Of a stretch of 16,841 nucleotides of DNA, positions 1 through 8,400 are shown in pieces (positions within the stretch are counted from its first letter, which is position 1; each line of letters starts with the position of its first letter). Location: NCBI GenBank assembly GCA_052390515.1, contig JBQTGV010000134.1:1-16841 (forward strand). The letters run 5' to 3'. The notes beneath the pieces are model-generated. The model had not been told where the DNA came from, made no database searches, and saw nothing but the letters and a program-made list of their open reading frames with translations. This stretch comes from Candidatus Eiseniibacteriota bacterium (GTDB lineage: Bacteria > ARS69). Position numbers and translations under genes: made by a program.

Positions 1-3000
1 GTTGAAGGGCGTCGTCCCCGCCGTGCCGTCCAGCACCTGGCCGCTCTGACTCATGACCGAACCCCGCACCACGCGCAGGAGGCCGTCCGTGACCTGCGTG
101 TCGATGGTCGTCGCGTCGAACTCGATCAGGTGCCGACCGAAGCGGACCTCGAGCGCCGGATCCCCCAGGAGGACGTATTTCTCGCAGTTCTGCCTATCCG
201 ACACCGTCGTGCTGATGATCGCCTTGGCCCAGAGAGCGGACAGTCCGATGGAGTGCACCGCGCGCGCGTACGTGTTGATCGGATACGGCGTCCCGAACAT
301 GGCACCGAGCCACTCCTGGTTCAGGATGGAGGACTGCTGGGGGAACACCAGTCCTGCCGACGAGAACGTGGTGACCGTTCCGCCGTCCGGATGGGCCAGG
401 AGCAGCTCGGTCATCGAGTCTCCGGAAAGCAGGTCGTACCGGCTGACCGTACACGAGAACGTCGAGAACACGGAGTAGCGGTCCTCGTTGAGAAGCTCCG
501 CGACCTTCTGCGCGACGAACACCTCCTCCTGCGCCAGCGTGTTCTGGTCGCCGTGGCCGGTGTACGTGACCATCAGCGCACCGCGCGTGAACTCGTCGAT
601 GAAAGTATCTTGCCCGTCAGGCTTCTTGCCGAAGTCATTGCGCGGGTACTCCGTCAGGTAGACCTTCACCTTGTCGATGGCCGAAGGGACTCTCTCCCGG
701 GCCAAAGTCTCCACTTGCTGGGTGTGCCAGGGCTCGCGAGCCGTGTCGACGAGCGTCCGCTCGTCGTCGGCGGCCATGATCATTCGGTTCTGCCATTGCC
801 CGGGTGACTCGTACTTCGTGTACTCGTCCAGCTTGTCCAGGAGCAGATCGAAGTCCTCGGGCTGCTTCACCGGGTACCGGCCGATGGCGATGTCGAGGCC
901 GAGCTGCGCGCCCAGCGCGTAGTCGGCCGTCTCCAGGTAACCGAAGAAATCGTCGGTCGGGTAGAAGTTGATGTTGTCGCCGCTGGTGTACTGCACGAAG
1001 GGCTCCGTGCGGTATCGCCCGGTGTACGTGCCCAGCAGATTCTCCGGACTGCCCGCCAGGAACTGTTTCGTGTCGTACGCCGCGTCCCCCACGAGAACCA
1101 CGTAGACCGGCCCGCCACCCTGCCAGTTGCCGGCGAAGGTGAAGGCGAGGAAATCGCGGACGGCCACCGGGTCGACCTGTCCCCAGGAGAACTCGTTGTA
1201 GACGTCGTTGATGTTCACCGCCAGGGTGGACAAGCCGGCGCCGGGCAGATCGCGGCGGATGGCCGCGAGGCGCTCCGCGCCCTCCTGGAACCGCGGGTGG
1301 TAGATCACGACGTACTCCGCCCCGTTCGCCGGCGAGCGGAGCCCGGCGAGCTGCACGATCTCGGGCGCCGCCAGCGGGAGCACGCCTTCCAGCGTCGTGG
1401 CGACGTACCAGCGCGTCCCCGCCTGGCCCGGATCGGAGAACGACACGTCCCACAAGTTCGTGGTTCCCGGGACGGGCAGCGTGAAATACCCGGTGAGCCG
1501 CACGACGTCGTGCTGGTCGGTCACGTCGAGGAGGAAGATCTCCTGGCCAGGACGAGTGGTACGCAGCCCCTGCACGAGGAAGCTCGTCTGGCCGTAGCGG
1601 TCGTACATCGTGCACAGCGAGTCGACGCCCGGTGGCGCGGCGGGGGCCGACCAGAACTTCAGCCAGGAGCCGCCCTTCGCCACGAGGTTTCGGTTGTACT
1701 CGACGTCGAACCACGTGGTGTAGATGCGGTCGGTCGAGTTCACGAGCACCTTCTTCGCGTTGACCCGGATGGCGTTCGTGCCCGGGACCAACAGGTTCTG
1801 GAAACACCCCTGCATGTCCACGACCGCGCGGTTCCCCGAATGGCTCCAGATCGAGTCGGCGACGATCGTCGAGCCCACCTTCAGCTCGACCTCGCGCTGC
1901 GTGCTCTCCGTGGTCGCCCCGTGGCTCAGCATGCGCGCGAGGATGACTCCGTCGCCCGATGACGCCACGTTGTCCAGACCGACCGTGTACAGGCGATCGG
2001 TCCCGCGCCCCTGCAGGCTCTCCCACTGCCAGCCGTCCTCGTCCCGGTAGTCGAAGTCCTCGACGTTGTTCTCCTCGAAATGGACCCTATGGGGCGCGGC
2101 CGTCACCGGCGTCGCGCCGGTCGGCGTGACCGTGCGCGTGCTCGTGTTCATGCGCTTCGCCGGGCCGGCGAAACCGTTGCCCCAGGCGATCCAGTAGTAG
2201 GTGACCTCGCCGTAGGGATTCTCGACGAATTCGGTGCGGGACCGCGCGGGATCGTACTCGTTCGCCCAGCCGTGGGCGGACAGCGCGTAGAAGAGAAAGC
2301 GATCGTCGATGTCGAACACGCCGTCCGGGACGGCGTCGTCGTCCAGGTACAGGAGCGCGTTCTCGGTCATGAAGTCGGGCGGCGCAACGTCGTACGGCTC
2401 CCGCAGCGGGAGGTTCGTTCCCGAGAACACGCGAACCGTGCGCGGATCGATCTGCGCCGGATCGACTCCCGCGTTCGCGAACGTGAAGTAGTCGAGCAGG
2501 TACACCCCGCTCTGGGTCATCGGCACGCGGAGCCAGGTCGGGGCGGAGTCGAAGGAGTCGCCGCCGCCCCGGCGGACGGGCTCCGCGACGCGCCAGCCCC
2601 GCGCGACATCCGCATTCAGGAGCGACTCGTCGAGGCACCGCTCCCACGAGTCCATCCGGGGGGGAGCGGACCGGGCCGGCGGCGGCCCTTCGAAATCGAC
2701 GCGCACGACGAGCCGCCGCGCCTGCGTCACCTCCCCGCGCGAAGCCGAGTAACGGAAGGGATGCAGCACGAGCCGAGCAAAGCGACGGCCGCGCAGCGAC
2801 AGCGGATCTCCGAGCTCGGCCCAGGCCTCGGGTTGGTCGGCGGCCGTCGGCACGAGGGCCGTCCGCTTCTCCCGCGCGAAGCCGTGCTTCTCCTCGTCGA
2901 GGGCGGGCTCGGGCGCCGGCGCGAGATCGGCCACGCGCTCGGAGACCGTCTCGACGGAGAGCACGCGCACTCGGGCGCTTCCCTCGGGCGGCAGGCCCAC

Positions 3001-3252
3001 GAGGCGAATCACCGAGGGCAGGTCCGGTTCGCCGGGCCGGGCCTGATGGATGGCGCCCGCCGTGCTCGGCCGGCGGAACGTCCGTCCGTCCGAACCGGGG
3101 ACGGACTCCCACCGGATCTCACCGATCGTCAGCTCGACCTCGAGGACGCTCTCGTCGGAGCGCAGGACGCGGACGCCCTCCGCGTTCGCGGCGTCGGCGC
3201 ACAGCAGCAGCGCGAGCGTGGCGGCGAGAACCGGGAGGTAAGCCAGGCGCAT
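1..3252 (-). CDS. porU: C25 family (gingipain-like) cysteine peptidase, PorU-like type IX secretion sortase; 3'-truncated by the window edge (at least 1084 codons)
   Basis: Hand translation: the frame from ATG 3252 to base 1 has no stop. Signal peptide MRLAYLPVLAATLALLLCADAANA, then propeptide-like PGEPDLPSVIRLVGLPP and PorU-type WLRVPMTQSGVYLL..IDPRTVRVF. C25 core motifs: YVVIYHPRF, VYNEFSWGQVDPVAVRDFL, YVVLVGDA, TDDFFG, DIAIGRYPV, AADD, YTGHG (His at 553-555), STFSC (Cys at 451-453), YVLLGDPAL (151-177). The C25 family call is firm; the porU name is by motif resemblance. Confidence 0.85.
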   Translation of the reverse strand, partial: MRLAYLPVLAATLALLLCADAANAEGVRVLRSDESVLEVELTIGEIRWESVPGSDGRTFRRPSTAGAIHQARPGEPDLPSVIRLVGLPPEGSARVRVLSVETVSERVADLAPAPEPALDEEKHGFAREKRTALVPTAADQPEAWAELGDPLSLRGRRFARLVLHPFRYSASRGEVTQARRLVVRVDFEGPPPARSAPPRMDSWERCLDESLLNADVARGWRVAEPVRRGGGDSFDSAPTWLRVPMTQSGVYLLDYFTFANAGVDPAQIDPRTVRVFSGTNLPLREPYDVAPPDFMTENALLYLDDDAVPDGVFDIDDRFLFYALSAHGWANEYDPARSRTEFVENPYGEVTYYWIAWGNGFAGPAKRMNTSTRTVTPTGATPVTAAPHRVHFEENNVEDFDYRDEDGWQWESLQGRGTDRLYTVGLDNVASSGDGVILARMLSHGATTESTQREVELKVGSTIVADSIWSHSGNRAVVDMQGCFQNLLVPGTNAIRVNAKKVLVNSTDRIYTTWFDVEYNRNLVAKGGSWLKFWSAPAAPPGVDSLCTMYDRYGQTSFLVQGLRTTRPGQEIFLLDVTDQHDVVRLTGYFTLPVPGTTNLWDVSFSDPGQAGTRWYVATTLEGVLPLAAPEIVQLAGLRSPANGAEYVVIYHPRFQEGAERLAAIRRDLPGAGLSTLAVNINDVYNEFSWGQVDPVAVRDFLAFTFAGNWQGGGPVYVVLVGDAAYDTKQFLAGSPENLLGTYTGRYRTEPFVQYTSGDNINFYPTDDFFGYLETADYALGAQLGLDIAIGRYPVKQPEDFDLLLDKLDEYTKYESPGQWQNRMIMAADDERTLVDTAREPWHTQQVETLARERVPSAIDKVKVYLTEYPRNDFGKKPDGQDTFIDEFTRGALMVTYTGHGDQNTLAQEEVFVAQKVAELLNEDRYSVFSTFSCTVSRYDLLSGDSMTELLLAHPDGGTVTTFSSAGLVFPQQSSILNQEWLGAMFGTPYPINTYARAVHSIGLSALWAKAIISTTVSDRQNCEKYVLLGDPALEVRFGRHLIEFDATTIDTQVTDGLLRVVRGSVMSQSGQVLDGTAGTTPFN

Positions 3253-3261
3253 GCAGCGAAG

Positions 3262-3265
3262 CTCC
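3262..3265 (-). promoter_or_regulatory. Shine-Dalgarno site of the C25/porU-like gene
   Basis: The minus strand reads GGAG-CTTCGCTGC-ATG (9 nt spacer to ATG 3252). Confidence 0.6.
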
Positions 3266-3356
3266 GACGTCAGGACCGAGTCCGGGGTGCGGAAGGGGAC
3301 GACGCGTGAACGGGGCGGCCGCTCGGTCGGCGGAGCGAAGCAGCCATAACGCGTTG

Positions 3357-3386
3357 AAGATAGCAACGATACGGAGCGACTGTCAA
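3357..3386 (-). promoter_or_regulatory. sigma70-type promoter for the C25/porU-like gene
   Basis: Minus strand: TTGACA (3386-3381), 18 nt spacer ending TGC, then TATCTT (3362-3357). This is a perfect -35 with an extended -10. The -35 overlaps the accA TGA stop. Confidence 0.7.
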
Positions 3387-4432
3387 GAATCGCCCAGCCC
3401 GGGTCCCGGGCGCCCCTCCAAGTAGCGCCCCAGGTTCCGGTAACGCTCGAAGCGCCGGGCCACGAGGTCGTTCGCCGGAAGCTCGGACAGCTCGATGAGA
3501 GCCCGCTCGAGGACGTTGCCGAGCCTCTCAGCTGCCTCCGCCGGATCCCGGTGCGCCCCCCCCGGCGGCTCGGCCACCACCCCGTCGATCACCTCGAGCT
3601 CGAGCAGATCCTGGGCCGTGGGTTTCATCGCCTCCGCCGCCTCCGGCGCGCGCGAGCGGTCGCCCCAGAGGATCGCGGCGCAGCCCTCCGGGGAGATGAC
3701 CGAGTACACCGAGTTCTCCAGCATGTAGATGCGGTCGCAGACGCCCAGAGCCAGCGCCCCGCCGCTGCCACCCTCGCCGATCACCGCTCCGACGATGGGC
3801 ACGGGCAGCCGCGACATCTCCATCAGGTTGCGCGCGATCGACTCCGCCTGGCCGCGCTCCTCGGCGCCGATGCCGGGATACGCCCCGGGAGTGTCGATGA
3901 ACGACAGGATGGGGCGGCCGAACCTCGCCGAAGTGGTCATCAGGCGGAGCGCCTTCCGGTAGCCCTCGGGATGCGGCATGCCGAAGTTCCGTTCGAGCTT
4001 CTCCTTGATGTCGCGGCCCTTCTGGTGGCCTACGGCGAGCACCTTCCGGCCCCGGAACAGTGCCGGGCCGCACACCACTGCCCGGTCGTCGCCGAAGCCG
4101 CGGTCCCCGCGCAGCTCGAGGAACTCCGCCATGAGCGCGTCGATGTAGTCGAGCGTGTACGGGCGCCGCGGATGCCGAGCGAGCTGCACGCGCTGCCAGC
4201 GCGTGAGGCCGCTGAAGATCTCGCTGCGCAGCTTCGCCGCCTTCGATTCGAGCCGCCGCAGCTCGTCGCGGAACTCCAGGCGCTCGACGTCTGCGAAGTC
4301 GCGAAGCTCACGGATCTTCTGCTCCAGCTCGACGAGCGGGCGCTCGAACTCGAGCCACCCGCCCATTCCTTCGCTCACGGGCTCCCTCCGGTCCTCCCGG
4401 TCCCCCGGCCGCTCCGCCACCGTCGTAGCCAT
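3383..4432 (-). CDS. accA: Acetyl-CoA carboxylase carboxyltransferase subunit alpha
   Basis: Motifs LEFERP, WQRVQLARHPRRPYTLDY, GMPHPEGYRKALRLM, FIDTPGAYPGIGAEERGQ, IGEGGSGGALA and YSVISPEGCAAILW. An alternative start is GTG 4378, preceded by GGAGG. Confidence 0.97.
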   Translation of the reverse strand: MATTVAERPGDREDRREPVSEGMGGWLEFERPLVELEQKIRELRDFADVERLEFRDELRRLESKAAKLRSEIFSGLTRWQRVQLARHPRRPYTLDYIDALMAEFLELRGDRGFGDDRAVVCGPALFRGRKVLAVGHQKGRDIKEKLERNFGMPHPEGYRKALRLMTTSARFGRPILSFIDTPGAYPGIGAEERGQAESIARNLMEMSRLPVPIVGAVIGEGGSGGALALGVCDRIYMLENSVYSVISPEGCAAILWGDRSRAPEAAEAMKPTAQDLLELEVIDGVVAEPPGGAHRDPAEAAERLGNVLERALIELSELPANDLVARRFERYRNLGRYLEGRPGPGLGDS

Positions 4433-4436
4433 CCCT

Positions 4437-5267
4437 CTAGAAGGTCTCCGTGTAAGAGAACGTCAGCTCCCGGCCGAAGCCCTCGTCCACCACGACGTCG
4501 GAGAGCTCCGGGTCCACCCCCTCCGAGTTCCGCAGCAGGTCGCGGAGCGCGAAGCGCACCTGCACCTCGGACGAGAGGTCCCAGGATACCGCGGCGTTCA
4601 GATATCCGCGTCCCCGTCCGAACGCCCCGTCGTCGCGGTCGTCGTTGAGCGCGGAATCGTACTCCACGGCGAGGCCCCCGTAAGGACCGACGCTCTTCTC
4701 CAGTCCGACGAACGGGTTCAGATCCCGGTCGTCCCCTTCGAAGCTGCGGTTGAGCCCCCCATGGAAAGTCAGGTCACCGAGCCACGCGTAGTTCTTGGAG
4801 AGGACCGCGTAGATGCCGCGGGACTGGTACTGGTAGCGGTCGCGGGCGCTGTCCCAGTATCCGCTGCCCTGCGTGTCCACGCCGATGGCCAGCGCCGGAC
4901 CGACGTAGCTCTCGGGGAGGACGCGGGCCTTCACGGCGAAACCGGGCTGCGGATTCCACTCCGGATCCCCGTCGCCGATGATCTGCATTCCGGCGTAGCC
5001 GGCGCCCACGGTCAGCCAGTGCATGAGGCCGATGTCGAGGCGCAGCTCGAGGCCGCCTCCCGGAAACGCGCGCGTGCGCGTGTCGAACGATGCGGCGGCC
5101 TGCGTGCCGGCCGTCGGTGTGTCGATCAGAAGCTTCGACGGGGAGCGGCCCTCGGCGACCGGGGCCATGAGCGCGACGGCCACGATCCCGGCGCCGCAGC
5201 GCCACGCAGGACCGGACGGAAACCTGCCGTCACCCGCTCCTCCGCTCCGGATCCCGATCCAGCACAT
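4437..5267 (-). CDS. Putative outer-membrane beta-barrel protein (YjbH-domain-like conserved hypothetical)
   Basis: 276 aa ORF with GGAGGT 5 nt before the ATG. It has a hydrophobic GIVAVALMAPVAEG segment, an LIDTPTAG motif, many alternating amphipathic strands (ELRLDIG, IYAVLSKNY, YLNAAVSWDL) and a C-terminal LTFSYTETF ending in Phe (BAM beta-signal-like). The start is uncertain (see findings). Confidence 0.7.
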   Translation of the reverse strand: MCWIGIRSGGAGDGRFPSGPAWRCGAGIVAVALMAPVAEGRSPSKLLIDTPTAGTQAAASFDTRTRAFPGGGLELRLDIGLMHWLTVGAGYAGMQIIGDGDPEWNPQPGFAVKARVLPESYVGPALAIGVDTQGSGYWDSARDRYQYQSRGIYAVLSKNYAWLGDLTFHGGLNRSFEGDDRDLNPFVGLEKSVGPYGGLAVEYDSALNDDRDDGAFGRGRGYLNAAVSWDLSSEVQVRFALRDLLRNSEGVDPELSDVVVDEGFGRELTFSYTETF

Positions 5268-5338
5268 CCGGCACCTCCCATCGGATTCGGAGGGGCATTC
5301 CTCCGGGGCCCGACCGCCGGGCCTCGGAGGCGTGGGCG

Positions 5339-5367
5339 ACCGTAGCAGGGCAGATACTCGCTGTCAA
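5339..5367 (-). promoter_or_regulatory. sigma70-type internal promoter for the barrel gene and accA
   Basis: Minus strand: TTGACA (5367-5362), 17 nt spacer ending TGC, then TACGGT (5344-5339), in the gap after dnaE. Confidence 0.65.
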
Positions 5368-5415
5368 CGGCGCCGGTTCCCTGGCGATTGCCGCAACTTG
5401 CATATCCATAGCATT

Positions 5416-8400
5416 TTACGGAGTCGCTACGGCCTCGGTCCGCGGGCGGCCACCCCCCTGCCGGCGGGACGCCGGCTCGGTCGGCCATCGCCCTTCGAGC
5501 CGTACGCCCCCCTCTCCCACGATCGCTTCGAGCTCCTGGAGGGTCTCGCGCGTCGGGGGAAGCTTGATCCCGGGCAGATCGACCCGAACGAGATTCCCGT
5601 CCTTGAGCCCCACGCGCAGCACGGTGCGCAGCTTGCCGAGCCGTCGGCCGCCGACTTCGCGGATGCGCTCCACGAACGCGTCGTCGATCTCCGGCTCGGA
5701 GACGTCCAGGAGCACCGCCTCGGCCAGGCACTCGCCGACCTGATCGAGCGGGACCACCCGGTCGATCAGCACCTTCGGCTCCGCCTCGTCGCGGGTCGAC
5801 AAGGTCCCTCCGACGAGCACCATCGCGTCGGGCACCAGGCACTCCGCGTAGGACCGGAACGGCTCGGCGAAGCAGATCGCGGAGTACGTGCCGGTGAAGT
5901 CCTCGAGCTCGACGAAAGCCATGCGGTTGGCGCGCTTGTCGAACGTGCCCCGCACGCCGGTCACGAAGCCTCCGAGCACCACGTTGCGCCCGTCGGGCAG
6001 CTCGGCCAGCTCCGCCGCCCGCGTGGTGGCGAAGGAACGCACTTCGTAGCCCCAGCGCTCCAGCGGATGCCCCGAGTAGAAGAATCCGAGCACCTCCTTC
6101 TCCAGCTGCAGCAGCGTGGACGGCGTCCACTCCTCGGCTTCGGGCAGGCCGCGACGGAACGGGTTCAGCACTTCCTCCTCCTCGCCGCCGGCGAAGAGCG
6201 AAGTCTGCCCGCGCTCCCGGTCGAGCCGCTCGCGGCTGCCGACTTCGAGCAGCAGCGGCGCGGCGGCGAAGACCTCGGCCCGGTGCCGGCCGAGCGCGTC
6301 GAGCGCGCCTGCCTGGGCGAGGCTCTCCAGCACCCGTCGGTTCACCTGGCGAAGGTCGATGCGCGTCACCAGATCGTAGAGGTCGCGGAAGGGGCCGCCC
6401 TCGCGGCGCACCTCGAGGATCCGCTCGATGGCGCCGACGCCGACGTTCCTCACCGCCGCGAGCCCGAACACGATGCCGCCGTCCTGCACGGTGAAGCCCG
6501 CTTCCGAGCGGTTGATGTCAGGCGGATCCAGGCGGATGCCGCTGCGCCGTGCTTCCTCGATCAACACGGGCACGCGCTTGGAGTCGCCCAGCTCGGAGGT
6601 CAGCGTCGCGGCGAGGAACTCCGCGGGGTGGTTCGCCTTGAGCCACGCGGTCTGCACCGACAGCACCGCGTATCCCACCGAGTGCGACTTGTTGAAGCCG
6701 TACCCGGCGAAGAACGCCATGAGGTCGAAGACCTGCCCGGCGACGTCCGCGGCGATGTGCTTCTTCTTGCAGCCCTCCACGAACTTCGCGCGCTGGCGGT
6801 CCATCTCCTCCTGCTTCTTCTTGCCCATCGCGCGGCGAAGGATGTCCGCTTCGCCCATGGTGAAACCGGCCATCGCCGCGGCGATCGCCATGACCTGCTC
6901 CTGGTAGAGGATGACTCCGTAGGTCTCCTCCAGGATCGGCGTCATGAGCGGGTGCAGCACCTCGATCTTCTTCCGCGCGTGCTTCCGATCGATATACTCC
7001 TTGTGCATGCCCGCGCCGAGCGGACCCGGCCGGTACAGTGCGGTCGCGGCCACGACGTCCTCGAACGCAGTCGGCTTCATCTGCTTCAGCAGGCCACGCA
7101 TGCCCGCGCTCTCGAACTGGAAGACGCCGACGGTCTCCGCGGTGGCCAGCAGGCGGTAGGTCGACGGGTCGTCGAGCGGGATCTCCTCCGCGATCATGGC
7201 TCGGCCGATCTTCGCCGAGACCATTTCCAACGCGCGCTGGATCACGGTGAGCGTGCGCAGCCCGAGGAAGTCCATCTTGAGGAGGCCGACGTCCTCGACG
7301 CTCTTCATGTCGTACTGGGTGGTGATCTCCTTCTTGTTGCTGAGGTACAGCGGCACCCAGTCGGTGAGGTCCCCGGGGGCCACCACGACCCCCGCGGCGT
7401 GCGTGGAAGCGTGCCGCGCCAGCCCCTCGATGACGCGCGCGTGCTTCACGACGCGGGCGAAGTTCGGATCGTCGTCCTCCAGCCGCTTGAGGTCCGGGTT
7501 CTGGGCGAAAGCCTTCTCCAGGGTCATGTTCGGGTCGGCCGGCACCATCTTGGCGATGCGGTCCATCTCGCCGAACTGCACTTTGAGCACGCGCCCGATG
7601 TCGCGGAGCGCGGCCCGCGAGGCCATTCGCCCGAACGTGATGATCTGCGTGACGCTCTGCTTGCCGTACTTCTGCACGACGTAGTCGATGACCTCGCCGC
7701 GCCGCTCGAAGCAGAAGTCGATGTCGATGTCCGGCATGGAGACGCGCTCCGGATTCAGGAAGCGCTCGAAGAGCAGCTTGTGGCGGAGCGGGTCGACGTC
7801 GGTGATGCCCAGGCAGTAGGAGACGATCGAGCCGGCGGCCGAGCCGCGCCCCGGGCCTACCGGGATGCCGCGCTCGCGGGCGGCGCGGATGAAGTCGTGC
7901 GTGATCAGGAAGTAGCCGGAGTAGCCCATGGTGCGGATCACGGACAGCTCGTAGTCCGCGCGGGCCCGCACCGCCGCCTCCGCGCCGGGGAAGCGCCGCT
8001 CGAGCCCGCGGTCCACGAGGTGCGCGAGGTACGCGTCCTCGGAGTCGTAGCCCGCGGGAAGCGGGAACACCGGGACGCGCGACCGTCCGAGCTCCAGCTC
8101 CACGTTGCACTTCTCGGCGACCTCCACCGTGTTCGTCACCGCCTCGGGGATGTCGGCGAAGAGACGCTTCATCTCGTCCGGCGTCTTGAAGTAGAGCTCC
8201 GCGGTTGCCATGCGCAGGCGCTTGGGATCGTCGAACTCCTTTCCCGTCCCGATGCAGATGAGCAGGTCCTGCGACTCGGCCTGGGCTCCGGTGAGGTAGT
8301 GGCAGTCGTTCGTCGCCACGATCTTCGCCCCGGATCGTTCGGCGATGCGCCGGAGCCCCGGGATCACGCGCCGCTCCGCGTCGATGTCGTGATCCATGAC

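Noticed and set aside
53-3309. ORF-track entries in this span (130-807+, 635-2026-, 1297-1962+, 2080-3309+, 2087-3112- and others)
   Set aside because: These are Arg/Gly/Pro-rich off-frame or antisense shadows of the real C25 peptidase frame (3252 to 1).
5394-5410. sigma54-like TGG..TTGC on the minus strand
   Set aside because: The GG-to-GC spacing is 11 nt rather than the required 10.
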